Source: Kondoa subrosea
Taxonomy: Eukaryota
Direction of reading: 5' to 3'
DNA length: 64,000 bases
NCBI GenBank assembly: GCA_039545335.1
Contig: BCIN01000006.1
Span: 372,001 to 436,000, forward strand
Positions within the stretch are counted from its first letter, which is position 1, and each line of letters starts with the position of its first letter. Below, piece by piece: positions 1 to 13,800 of the stretch. The notes under the pieces were generated by a model, which worked only from the letters and a program-made list of their open reading frames with translations, had not been told where the DNA came from and ran no database searches. The translations under genes were made by a program, and so were the position numbers.

Positions 1-102
1 GTACATAATGCATTTTAGCTCTTTCTCTCTGTTGCAATTACGATTTCGATTCTTCTATCATTCCCATCCCTTGCTTCCTCACTTTCATCTCCTTATCAAA
101 TT

Positions 103-1120
103 CTACTCCGCAATAGCCTGACCAGCTTTCTTTCCACCAAACTTCTTCTCCCATCTTTCTTCCAAATCCGAATCGACCAAATGTTTTGCCGCTTTCCAGA
201 ATTGAATACAACTAATGATTTGTTTCCCAAAACACACAGGGAAACTCAAAACCGCAATCACTTGAGGGAAAGTCAATTTTTGTAAAGCTGACCAGAAACC
301 TAATGGGATTGAATGTCGGATTGTTGGAGGTAAGAGAGACATTAGGTATGGTGAAGAAATACCCATTGGGGTTCGGTAGAAATTGATTAGGTATAAAGCG
401 ACGAAGAAAGCTTCGTTACCGAAACAGAAGAGGAAGAGAGTGGTCTATTCGATTGTTTGGTATTAGTGAATGTGAATCATTTTTAACAGTGCAGAAAAAT
501 AGTAAGCCTACTTTGTTGTTGTAGTACAGCCAGAGAATTCGACTGTGCTCTTGCGTCACTGTCTTGTGACTCTTTGATCCAGCTACTAATGATCTGTAAG
601 CCGCCATGGAGTTGCAATATCAGGATAAGCTGATACCGCACGCCATCTGCTTACGAATACATATGAATGTAATGACTGCTGAAATCCAATGTGATGAGAG
701 CTTGAAAGAGAAGGGCGAATTTCGGGTAAGCGGAAGAAAGGAAACAAAGCAGACATGAAGTCGTGCATCTGTCGGTAACCATATCCAGCACTCCACCAAA
801 TTTCGATGACTGCCCTAAAGCTCTTGCTGCTTGTCCATCCACTGCATCCAATAGCTGAGAGATTGTATAAAGTAGAGTACAGTAAAGCGGATGATAGGAC
901 ATGAAGGTAAGGGATACTGCCGCCAAGATAACTCGAGTGTAGCCTTTATACCCGTTTCAGACTCATATGGTGCACTGCGATGATGCAGCCTACCTATCAG
1001 ATTCGGCACAAAGAGAAAGACATTCTCGTCCGCTGCTCATGCAATTGTCAGCCAGCGTTGTACAGTCGCAATCGAGAACGCACTCTTCGGCCTTTCCTGA
1101 GGATCTACCAGAGACCCAGG
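103..1120 (-). CDS. PIS1: CDP-diacylglycerol--inositol 3-phosphatidyltransferase (phosphatidylinositol synthase), multi-exon; start codon not resolved
   Basis: Exons give DENVFLFVPNLIG and the CDP-alcohol phosphotransferase motif LLDAVDGQAARALGQSSKFGGVLDMVTDR, then LDFSSHYIHMYS; stop at 103. Confidence 0.93.
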
Positions 1121-1356
1121 TGCATCCGTCTTGGAGTCTACGAATAGCCTTACTCAGTTCCTTGCATTTTTGCGAATGAGCTTTATCGCTTGAACAAGCA
1201 TACCAGTGAATCTTCTAGCTCTTCTCTTCATCTCTGTCTGCTCTTAGTCTGTGTGTGTCTATGGCAATGACCTCTGGGTATCAATTCGCTTGAGAGGTCG
1301 TTCGCCGTGACAAAGAGAGAAGGCCGAAATCTCAATAGTCAGCTTGGCGCGCGCGC

Positions 1357-4156
1357 ATGGCAGAAGAAAGTCTAGATTGGGCTCTAGATGAAGATGATTT
1401 CATCAGTGCTACAAAAGTCGGCCCCCTTCTTAGCTCTGCTGCTTTCCTGCAAATGAGCTCATCCGACGTTTACTTAGGCTGTCTTCCTGCTGCCATACAA
1501 AGGCAAAGACGAGGACGCAAGTCAGTAGCTTAGACTCATTTACAAATCTTTTCCTCATACGTGCGAAAAACAGGTCCGTCACCACAGGAAATTGAACAAG
1601 ACCTTCGAAAGACGCTCTTCAGTGCAGCTTGGTCAGAGTGTTCTGAGCGCATCAATGTATGTCCTATTGTACCACTTGATGGTTTCGATCTTTATACTGT
1701 GACAACAACAGACTGTTCTTTCGCAACAAAGAGCTCAAGGTTTAGATGAACTTGTTCAGTTCGTGCACGACTTGGATCGAAAGAACTTCTCCTTGGTCCA
1801 AAAAGTCTCTAAGAGAGCCCCTTTGCCTACAGCCGTAGTCATAGGCAAGTCTTCAGAGGAAAGCCTTTGTGTCTGTCCCTAAGTTTCTAAGTTTTGGTTA
1901 TCAGATTCAAGTAGTTCCAGGACTGAAGCCATCATTGAAGCACTTCGCATATCTAGTGATGAATCCGATCAGACCAATATCATCGTCTCACTTGGTGCAA
2001 AAGACGGAAACAACCTCAAGAACTTGATGAAGACTTTGATACTTCGAATTATCGGTTCAGTAGCTGATGACGAAGATGAGCCGGTCAGTCATATCCTATG
2101 CAAATTTATTCTCGGCCTAAGCATGTATCTTAGGGACCGTCAAAACCTAAAGGCAGAAGGAAACCGTCTTTGCTTTCGCCTGATGATATTTCGGTACTCG
2201 ATGCGTGGTACAAAACAAAGTACCCTGCAGATAGCGAATGTAAGCTCAGATATGAGTGTATGTGCAGCTGGCTCATTCGTTGAAACACAGTTCAACCTGA
2301 AATCATCATTCTATTCGAAGAATTCGAGACCTTCGACCCGAACCTACTGAATGATCTTCTTTACATTCTGAGTATCTATGGTCACTCTCTACCTTTCATC
2401 CTCATTTTTCAAGTGGCTACCTCTCTCGAAGCTATTAAAGCTTTACCCTTCACTTCTCGATCACTACTTCGCATCGAAAGCTTTCAGTTGGATAGAGGCA
2501 TGGAAACCTTCAACGATCTCATGAAAGAGGTATGCATGTGAAGATATTTACCCAGCTGAACCGATCAATGGCTTTTTAGGTTTTTCTGGATTGGACTCCA
2601 CCGCTTTCAATAGGTCCCAAGGTTCTTGAACAACTCAAATCAAACTTCCAAGACCGGAATCGATCAATTGATGCAGTCGTTGCCTCATTACATGTACGGT
2701 CAATGCTGTCTTCGCCCTGCTTGACCTAAATATTCCAACAGTTCCTCTACCTCGATCATTACATGTCTTTCCCACCAGCATTGGCTCATAAGGGTCAATC
2801 TCTCCTATCCGTTTTACCTACTCCTCGAGCAACTGAAATCTGCGATCAAATTCGTTCTATCCCATCATTCATTTCCTCTATCAACTTATCTCTGAATCCA
2901 ACCGATTCAAGAAGGAATTTGCAAGAAGAAGCTCAGAAAGCTTTCATGTACATGAATGAAGATGATCGCTTGCTTGAATTAATTGAAACTTTGGGTAAGA
3001 AAAGAATTAGTTTGGAGAAAGAAAGAAGAGCTGCTGTGAGAGTTTTCGAATTGTTACAGTGGCAGTGGAAAGCAAAGAGGAAGAAAGAGGATGAAGTGCT
3101 TGAGGGTTTGTGGAATGGAAGTCTTGTCGAATTTGCGCTTGAGAAGACCGAGCTACTCAAGTTCGTCCCTCGTTCTTCTTGACTGATAAACGTAATACTC
3201 AAAGGTCACTTACAGAAAAGCTAGAGATGATGCGATCTTGGAGTTCTTGCTCTCGGTCGAAAAAGAGCTTTCGGACGATATCGAATGTCAAGATCTTTGT
3301 TCTACCCTGACTATCTATCGCGAAAGGCTACAAGAGTTGATGGAGAAGTTTGATCCAGTAAAACAAGGTCGACAACATTTGATCAACGGCAATGAATTGG
3401 GTCCTACACCGACTCTTCCAGACGACAAAGAGTTCACGAGGTTGGCCGCAAAATTGGCAGCCGTTCTGAAGGAGACCTTTCAGTCAGTCAATGCCTCGTA
3501 TGTCCAGCTTCTGCTAAAGTGTACGTCGCCAGAGCTATGTTCAAGCCGCATACTGGAATGACATTTCATGAACTTTGGTACACTGATGAAGCAGAGGTTC
3601 TACAACAGGCAGGTTTCTTTTGCTCAATAGTGCTCAAACATCCCTCAGATCTTCTCCCTTGCAGGCTTTTCATCCGAACATAGTCGAAGACATTCGAACG
3701 ACTTTAGAAGATCCACCTCCGCATTTGTCTGAGCACTTGGGAGTAGATATGACCCAGAACGATTTAGTGATTGGATATCGACTTTTCAAAGATGCCGGTA
3801 AACTCGTTAATTTGGCTGATTGGCACTCTGCTTTCTCCGATGCGATCCAACGAAACCTTTCTTCTTCTTCTACTGCTTCCAATGATGATCCAACCCCTTC
3901 TTCCGCACCACCTAAAATAGCTATACCCAAAAAGAAGTCCAAAGGGAAAAGCAAACAAAAGGCTATCGAGCCTGATCCAGCTGCTGAAGAAGATAATGAT
4001 GATGAAGAAGAAGAAGCTGAGAAGGATGAAGAGCAGTTGAAACGCGAGGAAAATATATACGCTAGGTTCTTGGTCATGGTCACACAATTGGGCAGAATGG
4101 GTTTCTTAGGACCAACAAAGAGGAAACCTGAACATGTAGCGAAATTGATCTTCTAG
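1357..4156 (+). CDS. ORC3: Origin recognition complex subunit 3, multi-exon
   Basis: Spliced exons give FHELWY...AFHP, INLADW..AF and a C-terminal winged-helix motif ARFLVMVTQLGRMGFLGPTKRKPEHVAK, typical of ORC3. Confidence 0.85.
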
Positions 4157-4197
4157 CCTTGCATTCACATTGAAATGCACAGTACTTGTTTAGAGCT

Positions 4198-5607
4198 TCA
4201 AGAAGCAGGTGTAGCGGGAGGATCTTTAGCCGGCCGTTTTGGATTCGCTAACAGATTGCCAAGTAATCTTCTTGATGCTCCATCAGCATTGATCACTGGT
4301 CTTCGCCTTCTTTCTGATTCTGTACTCTCTCCTCCTCCTTCTTTCTGTTGGACTTGCGCTTCTCTATTCACTGCGGGTTTAGCTTGCGAGCTTGCTGCCC
4401 GAGGTTGTTGAGGTGCTTTCTGCTTAGGTGCTTTAGTAGTAGTAGCAGAGGAAGGCAGAACGGGAGCAGCCGAGGATGAAGTTTGGTTTGAAGCAACAGC
4501 AGTAGCTTGGTTGGGTTGAGTTTGTTTGGGTTGTTTGGCAGGTTTAGGCTTCTCCCCTTCTTTTGGACCTTTCGTCTTCTCATCCGACTTCGGTTGTGGT
4601 TTAGACTTGGCTTTCTTATTCCCTTGATTAGCAGCTTTGTTTGAAGCAGGAGGTACTTGTGAAGTAGGAGGAATAGTTTCTTGTTGCTGTTGAGAAGGTG
4701 TTGCTGATCTAGATCCTTTGTCCTTCTTTCCCTCTTGCTGACCAGTCTTTTGGCCCGAAGAAGAAGATGCAGAAGAGATTTGTCTTTCTTTAGCTTGATC
4801 AACTATCTTGTTTAGATTCTGTATAGTTGGTTTGCCCTTTTGCTGATTTGGTTTGATGTCCGATTTAGGTCCAGTAGGTACATTGTTGCTGTTGACTCCT
4901 TTGTGCTGTTGATGTATAGTCTTAGGACCCGAAGGTGTATGAGAACGTTGATGAGTCTGAGACCGCAAGTGTTCGACTAATGGAGTGATTTGCTTTTCTG
5001 CTGATGTGGATAGCTTAGCAGCTATAACTTGAGCATTCGAAGTTCCCGCTGAGTCATTATGAGCTCAGAAGCCAAGTAGAAGAAAGCTATAAGAACATAC
5101 AAACGATGGTACCGCTTGATGCTTTAGGTTCCTCTTCTGCAATGACTTTAACAGGGTTCAGTGATTCCAGGAAAGCGATGTATTCCGGGTCTAGTAACCT
5201 CTATCAGTCTACACCACCCTCTGACGTACATGAAACACACCTTTTTCAATAGTACCTTGCCGAGGATCTGCTTTACACGACTTGGGCGTCTTCTGAAACG
5301 GTGCAAACTCGACAGAAGCTTGAGTCAGGTTTCCCTGCTTGTCTTGGAAGGTGTGGCCATTGTAATTCGCATGAAAGTTGATCAACTCCTCCAATGAGTC
5401 GAAATTGATAAATGCTACAGAAGAGCGGTTCGTTTTGGATTTTGTTTTCCCCAGTTTCCCTTGATGATAACATTTCCAAGTACAGCCAGTCAAGTAGGGA
5501 GCGGTAGATGACCAAAAGACGGATTCAGGCAGATTGCAAGGTAAACCTCTGATGACCACTTTCGAGGGCAGAGGTCCAGCTGTTGGGCTCTTTGGGGTAT
5601 GACTCAT
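4198..5607 (-). CDS. UPF3: Nonsense-mediated decay factor Upf3 (Smg-4/UPF3 RRM-like domain plus low-complexity tail)
   Basis: KVVIRGLP.NL, AFINF, YNGHTFQDKQGN...VEFAPFQKTP...DPRQGTIE; Q/K/P-rich C-terminus. Confidence 0.9.
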
Positions 5608-5732
5608 TGCTCAGCCAGCCTTCCCTAGGGTATTTCTGCAATCTTGGTATAATCACACGTTCTTGAGCGGCTGCTCTTGGCTAAGAGATATAATTTCTCG
5701 AGGCGACTCTGGTCTGAAGCCACGAAAGCAAG

Positions 5733-7800
5733 ATGCTCAGCACGCTGCGGAGTCGATGGAATAGTCTGCGGCATACTAGAGCAAGTAGTAGTGCGAATGG
5801 TCAATCGACTCAAGCTGGAACTCAACTAGAAGTCTTGAAAGCTGTTTGGCACCTCGGTTTCACTTCATTCGGTGGTCCTGCTACTCATTTCCAGATCGTA
5901 TCTCTCTCTCATCTTCCTCTCTTCTATGTCCTTATTCTGCAATCTCTCTCCAGTTTCATAGACTCTTTGTGGAGAAGTTGCGTTGGATAGACGAACAACT
6001 ATGGCAGGTCAGTCTATCCTACCGGTGCTACAATCCAAGCTAAAGCCTCGAGAACAGGAAATCTTCGCTATCTCACAAGCAATATCAGGTCCAGCCTCAA
6101 CTAAAGCACTCTTCGTCTTATGTACCGTCCGAGCTGGATTCTGGGCTGGTCTGATGGCTTTCTTAATCTGGTCATTACCCGGTGCCTTGGGTATGCGCTC
6201 TTTCGTCTGCTCTAAAGCTTTGGTCACTGAGAATAATTCGTATTAGGCATGTATGGCTTGAGTTTGGGCATAGGTAAATTGGACACCACGTGTTGCAAAC
6301 CCTCGCTAATCCGATTACTTTGTAGCAAGGACGCCTGATGTCTTGCCTGGACCTGTATGTCGATTTCTCCCATTCCATAATGCTGCACTAGAACTCTAGC
6401 GACCAGGTCTATGCCCTAAGTTTGCAATCCCCTTTGCGTCGTCTACAATATCGCTGACATTTCATCGTTGCAGTCACCGGCCTGAACGCAGCGACAACAG
6501 GAATCATCTTGCTAGCTGGTGTTCAATTAAGCGATAAAGCAATAACGGATCGAATCACTCGTATTCTCGTTTGCGTTGGAGGCGTTTTTGGAATCTGTTA
6601 CAACGCTTTATGGTACTATCCAGTTCTTATGATCATAGCTGGCTTGATCTTAATGATACATGATCTGAATTGGGTGGATCTGGTTCTCAAGAAACTCAAC
6701 ATCAGGAAAGTGAAGAAGGAAGATGAAGAGATACCACAAGCAGGACTTGAAATGACTAAAATCGCTGGGTCAGCTTCAAATGAAAGTGCCGTGCCGACTT
6801 TGAGACGAATTGGTACTCCTACACCGACTGGACAAGCTATCATACCTCAGCCTACATCCGCGGTCATGCAAGAAGAGTCGAAACCTGTTCCGCAAGAAGG
6901 TATCATTACGGTATTGACTTGGAAAACTGGATTAGCGGTCCTGGCTGGCTTTGTGGCCTCTTTCGTGCTCATTATTACGCTGAGGAATACTTTGAACAAT
7001 CCACCAAGAGGGTTTGCGTTGTTCGGAAATATGTATTTGGCTGGGTGAGTTACTTCCCTCAGTAAACTATACCGAGACTGAATTAAGAATTCGTTAGGAC
7101 AATCATATTCGGAGGAGGACCTGTGGTAATTCCACTATTATCCGACTACATCGTGACTGAAGGTCAGACAAGCCAAACTGCTATCATCCTCGTGCTGATG
7201 TCAGAAGCTTTGATTTGACAGGCTGGGTCTCCTCACGGGACTTTTTGCTTGGTCTAGCTATCATTCAAGCTTTTCCAGGTAAATCTTCAATGATATCCGA
7301 CATCGAGTATACCTTAATCCGGGCTATAATAGGACCCAATTTCAACTTTGCAGTCTTCCTCGGCTCATTAGCAGTTCAGCGTACCTCTTTACCAACAGCA
7401 GTGGGGGCTCTGATCGGTTATATCGGTATCTTCTTACCTGGTCTATGGATCGCCAGTGGCTGTATTGGACTTTGGAAAGAGCTTCGATCAAGACGATGGG
7501 TCAGGAGTCTGTTGAGAGGTGTGAATGCTCTGGCAGTAGGATTGGTCTTTGCTGCTGTCTATCGATTGTTCCAAATTGGCTTGGTGGAGCCTGAGAATAG
7601 AAGCGGAATACCATTAGGTGGAGATGCGTGAGCTGAAGGCATTTAAACGACCGGATAATATTGATAGTCAGACCAGATATTGGGTGGCTATTACTGCTGT
7701 CAGCTTTGTCGGTGGCAGATGGTTCGCTCTTTCGCCTCCGCTGGCAATAATCTGTGGAGCTGTTCTTGGATTACTTTGGTACGCAGCTGTCAAGACCTGA
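5733..7800 (+). CDS. Long-chain chromate ion transporter (CHR family), multi-exon
   Basis: Two CHR half-domains: LGFTSFGGPATH / FAISQAISGPAST and IIFGGGPVVIPLL / AIIQAFPGPNFNF. Confidence 0.92.
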
Positions 7801-8067
7801 GAGGTCCAAATGTAAGGATTCTACTGAGCATTCTAGAGGGACAAGCTAAATCCAGAGCAGAATTATGATGCATCTTTTGTTCCTTTCGTTCCCATCTCCA
7901 AGGAGCCAGCCGTGCTCTTCCTTTCCGTATCTTCATGTGTCTTTCAGTGAAATATCATCGATTTGGAAATGCTCCTGTGGCTGTGCGAGGCAGTACAGCT
8001 CAAATCGAACGAAGCCAGTTCTTCTCTTCCCATCGTTCTTTGAATTACTTTCAGTTTCAGGTTTTCT

Positions 8068-9088
8068 ATGCCTCGGCGTAGTCCTGGAAGATCTCGCTTT
8101 CGAGAGCATATCCCGCTTGCTGAAGAAGATGTTTCTGCTGAAGACGAACGAAGAGCGAGACTAAGAAAAGAAGATTCATTCGATAATGATGATAACAAGC
8201 CAGCACGCCGAGGTTGCTTACATGCGTGCAAATGTATCAGACCTGTCTTCAGAACGCCCAGTAAGGTCTTCTTAGATCGTTGATAGCTTTCTCATTTTGC
8301 CAAAGTTCCGAACTGGCTTCGGATATTGTTCTTTATTACAGATCTTGCTGCTTTGATTATGCTGGGAGTATCAGTGCATTTTCAATACTTTTATATCAAG
8401 AAGGTCAGCTTTGTTAGCTTATCTGCTGAAAGAAGACTAACGCTTTGAGCAGTCTATCTTGCACAAAGGGATGTCTTTAGATCAACATTTTGATACTCCT
8501 CTCAATGTCAAGGAAGGACTGGCCAACGAATATCGGAAGAAAGCTTATGCACTGCTCGGCTTGTGTTAGTTAATCTTATTTCCGACTTTCGTCGAATGAT
8601 GTCAAATTTCACATAGTGATGGGCTCTTTGGCGTTTGTTGGTCTGTATGAAGGCTCTCTTCTACTCAGATCTTTTGCCAGCAAGGATGAAGCAAGCTGTT
8701 GTGGGCGTCAACTGCATCGATTTATACCAAGCTATAGACAAGTCTTTTGGATAGTTCTGATCCTTCTCGCTACTATATGGGTCATAATCTGGCAGATTGT
8801 ACAATATTCTGCAGTCGTCTTCTTTCCTGCTATCAAATCTAAGGACTTCGCCGGTGTCCGAATGTGAGTCAAGCTCGTGATGTCGTCAACTGATTGCTTA
8901 CACGGGACAGTAATGTTCCTGTACCTGTTCATCTGTCGATGGAGAAAGGATTACACATCAATTTGGGCTGCTGCATCTACATTCTTCTCTCCAGTTTCTT
9001 TCGCTTTTGGATGCGGGACAGCCAAGAAGACGACTACGGAGAGGAAAATCCGGAAGAGTACGACAAGAAGAAAGGAGAGGGTAGATGA
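8068..9088 (+). CDS. Hypothetical multi-pass membrane protein (about 4 TM, SUR7/PalI-like topology, tentative)
   Basis: Spliceable exons give a charged N-terminus, hydrophobic segments (WLRILFFITDLAALIMLGVSV; VFWIVLILLATIWVIIW; INLGCCIYILLSSFF) and an acidic tail ending KKGEGR*. Confidence 0.55.
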
Positions 9089-9161
9089 CAGAGCCTACAA
9101 TGGCGCGAGTGACTTATATGCGCCGCGGAAACTTTTCTCTGTTGCTAGATCTGTCTGAATG

Positions 9162-10660
9162 TCATATTTCATTACTGGTGGACGAATAATATGTTATCGA
9201 AGCTCCCAATCCCGTCACTGGCTTTGACTGCCCTACATTGAGCGTTGCTCCTACTGCACACAGACAACTTGCTAGCTTTGTCTCCCAAGCTAGACCAATC
9301 TCCTGTCAAGCGTGTTAGCTTCAGACTTCTGTCTGTACAGTAGGATGGCTCACTGAAGAGGTCGATAATCTTGCCTTAATTACACTGACAATTTCTCCCT
9401 CTTCTGAGTCCGACACAGATTGCCAAAAAGAATTGGTCAGACCAGAAGAACCGTTCATCCTTCGCGCTGTGTTTCTCTTCTTCCGCCGTTGGAACCACTC
9501 TCCTCCAACAGAGAGCTCGGACAGCAGTGAATGGACATTGAAGTCGTACCTACTACCCAGAGCTACTGATCGACCAATCTGAGCTGCGTATGCTGCTGAA
9601 CAATGACCCATGATCGGATTGACAGTAAATCTACGCGATTATGAGAAATTTGGCAGATCAAGGAGCCTGAAGGACAAACGTTGCTATTGTGGGAGGCTGG
9701 GTTGACACTTCTCCAGATTTGCTGGGTATTGTCGAGAATCGCAAACCAGTCGATACTGTCATTTAATTCAGCCTCTTCTTCTTCATCTTGAGTCGCCACT
9801 GAGAACCGACTCACAACCCGCTGACATAGTTTTCGCCGAGAAGAAGACCTCTCCGCCTAAACTGAATCTGCCTTTCAATCCTTGCTCGTTGTCTTCTCTT
9901 GTATCCTTTTCTTGCCCCAAACCAAAATGGTATAACGCTCGACAACCAATCAAGCCATCATCCAACGAATAACTGTAATCCGTTGCCCAAGTACCAGAAT
10001 CTTGTTGTAGATTCAAAACGATGTTTGTTATTCCCTTTTGGTTAGTTGCTCGATTAGAGGTTGGCGGAGGCAGAGCGGAAATGAGGGAAATCATCCCTAG
10101 TAAAGTTGGAGAAAGACGTAGAGCAGCTAGTCCATCTATACGACCGGTAGGTAGGTAGAAACAGCCATACAGAAAAGTACCTACACAATTATCAGCAATT
10201 GAAGGGAAAACAATTACGGAAGATGGACTTCGTTTGTCACTTAGTGATGTCTCTGCTCTTTCTTGAGATCTTACAGGCAGCCGAGGTACCCAGAAATGAT
10301 CAACAGCTCTTTTCAGTCGGGTAGAAGCAGAAGAACCAATATTGAGCGCATTGGAAGTTGCTAGATACCCTATTGAACCGCTGAGGAAACTTTCAGGAAG
10401 AGATGATTGAGAGTAAGCTCTCAAAACAGCGCTGTTTGCGAATGCCTCGGAAGGAGATTTAGAAACGGAAACCGATAATCCATCGGGTATTGCGAAATTG
10501 AGTAGAGCTAAAGCTCGGAAATTTAGCGAAGAAAAGATGAAGAAAAGATAGAAGCAGCACCTCTACTACTGTGCGTGAGAGTTGAGTAGGAGTTCTCGCC
10601 TTGCCTCCATCCTTCATCATAGAGCCAATTTCGCAAAGCATAGGCAGCAAAGTTGTGCAT
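9162..10660 (-). CDS. MDM10: Mitochondrial outer-membrane beta-barrel ERMES/SAM subunit Mdm10
   Basis: MHNFAAYALRNW...ENSYSTL, FLYGCFYLPTGRIDG, LQQDSGTWATDYSYS, GRFSLGGEVFFS, NPIMGH.S..Y, SRYDFNVHS. Confidence 0.92.
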
Positions 10661-10821
10661 CTAATACAGGAATTTAGTGATTGTATGACGTGTATGTTGA
10701 CTTTGTACTTGCTCTGGGCTAGTCTCAGGGCTCTGCCGCAAGATTTGACATGCCCGTAAGAAACAAACAAAGTGAAACTTGGCCTAAGTCGACGATTTCC
10801 ATGATCTGAAAGCTGAGCAGC

Positions 10822-13800
10822 ATGGCTAAGGTCAGTCCGATGACACTATACACAACGAGGCAGTAGCTGATCATCGATTACTATCAGCGCGTTTTGATGC
10901 CAGCGACCCCAAATTCCGGTGATGGAATTGAAGAGGAAGACGAGCTGGAAAGTCAGCTGCAGCCTAGTCAAGCTCCTAGTCAAACACCAAGTCAAGGGCC
11001 GAACGTGTATCTGAAGAATGCCTTGGGTTATTCTCAACTACAATCTCAGTATCCTGCCTCGAACAATGCCGCCTCTCCCTTTCTGCCTCATTCGCCTGTG
11101 TTAGAGGACGAGCTTGAGTCGCAGCAATTGGATTCACACATTTCGGAATCGGCTGCTCCTGCTGTGCCTGCTTTGTCACCTCAAGAGATTGCGAGCCGTA
11201 GGATTTACCATGACGAATCGTCTGAAGAGACTCAGAATGCTTATGGTGCTCTCATGATACTGCACAAGAACGCAGTCCAGCAAGTTGTCGCTTCTAATGC
11301 ATCAGCTGCTCAGTATTCTGCCGCTTACAGCGAGCAACCAAGCGTCAACATGTCTTACCCTCAAGGTTCCATCAGCCCCTCTGCGGTCTATCCTCAAGCT
11401 CCTGATTCGTCATCAGGTGAAGTCGCGAACAGAATACTTCCACCTCAACCTTGGGCGAATGCAAGAAAGACTTCTTCCGCTTCTTCTTCAGTCAGAAGAG
11501 AAGTAGTTCCCGCTCACACTTCCTTCTCAAACTCAGCAGAAGAAGTATCTCAAGAACTTGCGCATGATTTCTCAACGATGTCCAGGGTTGGCGAAATCTC
11601 AAACGCTCCGCTACCAGATTCACCAAGCGATATTTCTCATGCTCCTCATTCTACTGCTGCCAACAAAGATCCACTTCAACGAATCAACAGTGAAGCATGG
11701 CCCTCGTTTGGTCAAGATGTTCCAGAAGCTCTTCCAGCTATGATGCTCAATCCCGGTGCAAATACAAGTACGGACTATCTCGCACCTGTAGCTCCAGATC
11801 ATCTCTCTCCTGGTGGACAGCGTCGCAAGAAGAATAAGAGGAGAGTTAGCTTTCAGGACGATGACGATGCGAATAAAGACGTTGAAGAGGAGGAAGATTC
11901 AGCCTCGATCGTTATCCCTGCTTTCAAAGCACCTACTTTCACCTTGCCTTCTGCGCCAAACGATACTGAAATGGACATATCTATGGAAACGAGCAAGTTG
12001 GCTGAGGTAGAACACGAGGAAATCTTTCTTCCGCCTCTTCAACCTAAAATCGTTCCTCCTTCTAATCCAAGCGATGAAAGTTCTCAGAATGCCATACCTC
12101 ATGGCACAGGAGACTCTACTATGACGAGTGAGGACAATCATACAGAAATTGAAGCCACTCAACCTGCTGAAGAACAAGTTCTGCCTGAGAGTCACAGGCA
12201 AACGGATGATTCTAGACGACAGCAGTTCAGTAGACCAGGTTCGCCTGAACCATGCATCTGCTATCGCGTAGCTGATCATTGTCGCTTGGAGAGCCAATCG
12301 CAGACCACCTTCACCTGAACAAGCACCAATTCCGCGTCATCATACCTCTTCCCCTGAACCAGATCTTCATGCCTTGGAGGAAGTAACTGAAACTCAAAAC
12401 GTCATGAGTACTGTACACAAAGCTTCAGCCGGTTATGAAGACTCACAAGTGGCCGACAATGTTCGATCTTCTTCACCTGATCAGTTCCTTAAAGATCAAC
12501 TCAAAGCTCCAGAACCTGAAGATCCTTTTTCTGCTGCAGCTCAGACTGTACCGGCTGCTAGCATTGTCCCTGATAGTGAAGAGGCGATCAAGAATCTTTC
12601 TGTCATTGAATCTACTCCTCAATCATCAGGCGATATTCCTTTAGCTCGTCGAGATCCACCAAGTTCTCCTAAATCGACTAATCCACTCAAACGTACTGCT
12701 CTAGCGGAGAACAAACAACTCACTGTTTGTTCCTCGCCGCATGTCAATAATAACAGCAAGAAAAAATCTGGGCTGTCCAAGAGACAAAGTTCTCCTTTGA
12801 CTGATCAAGATGAAGGAGAGAATGAGAGTGATCCCAATGAACATTCAGAAGATGATTATCAGGAAACGAATTACGAAGTTCCGCCTCATCTTGCTCTTCC
12901 GCCCGCTAAGAAGAAAAATGCAACTAACAAGAAATCTACTAATGACAAAGACCAAGAACCTAGCGAAGGAATGGTGACCCGTAGAAGATCTGGTGCTTCT
13001 TCCGTTGCTTCCACTAGCAAGAAAGGGAAAGGGAAAGCTGCTGCCAACAAAGCCACTCAAGTCAAAAAAGGACCAGTCAATAATAACAACAAGAAAGGAA
13101 AACAACCTGCTACTAGAGCTTCTACCTCTACTGATAAATCTGCAACTCGCAAACGAGTTGAGCTGGAAAGCGAAACTGAACCTGAAGAACCTACCGAGAG
13201 GCCAAGTGCGAAGAAGAAGCTCAAGACGTATAAAGGTCGATCGAGCGATAAAGGCAAACAGAGAGCCGATCCTCAAGAAGAGGAACAGGAAGAACAACAG
13301 CAAGGTATGGAAATGGATCTTGACTTCGGCGGAGATGGAATCGTTGTTGAAGAACCCTCAACTTACGTTGGTCAAGATGAGTCTGCAACGGCTACTGCGA
13401 GTCCTTTCGACAAAGAAGCTTGTGGTGTACCTGAACCTCAGATATCTGGTTTACCTGTTCATCGAGTCTTCGCTTACTGGAGGGAAGACAAATCTTACTA
13501 CCCTGCAGACATTATAGCTGTCGAGAAAGATCGATTGGAAGTCAAATTCGATGATGGGACAGTCACTTTCGTATCATACAAAGACGTGTGTCGATGTGAA
13601 GTCAAAGTAGACGATCCGGTCAAATATTGTGGGCATGAAGAAACGCAACATCAAGCTGACACACTGTACAAACTGCATCGAGTCTATCGAGTCGAATGGG
13701 CAGACGATAGTGGGAAAGTCGTACCCGACGGAACACCCTTAGGAGCAAGAATGAATTTGGCTTGCAAATCGGACGAAAAACGAACGGTCAAGAGAAGATT

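Noticed and set aside
2933..4802. Overlapping ORFs such as 2933-3202, 3670-4083, 3764-4087, 4175-4411 and 4368-4802
   Set aside because: Shadow frames of ORC3 and UPF3 low-complexity coding sequence.
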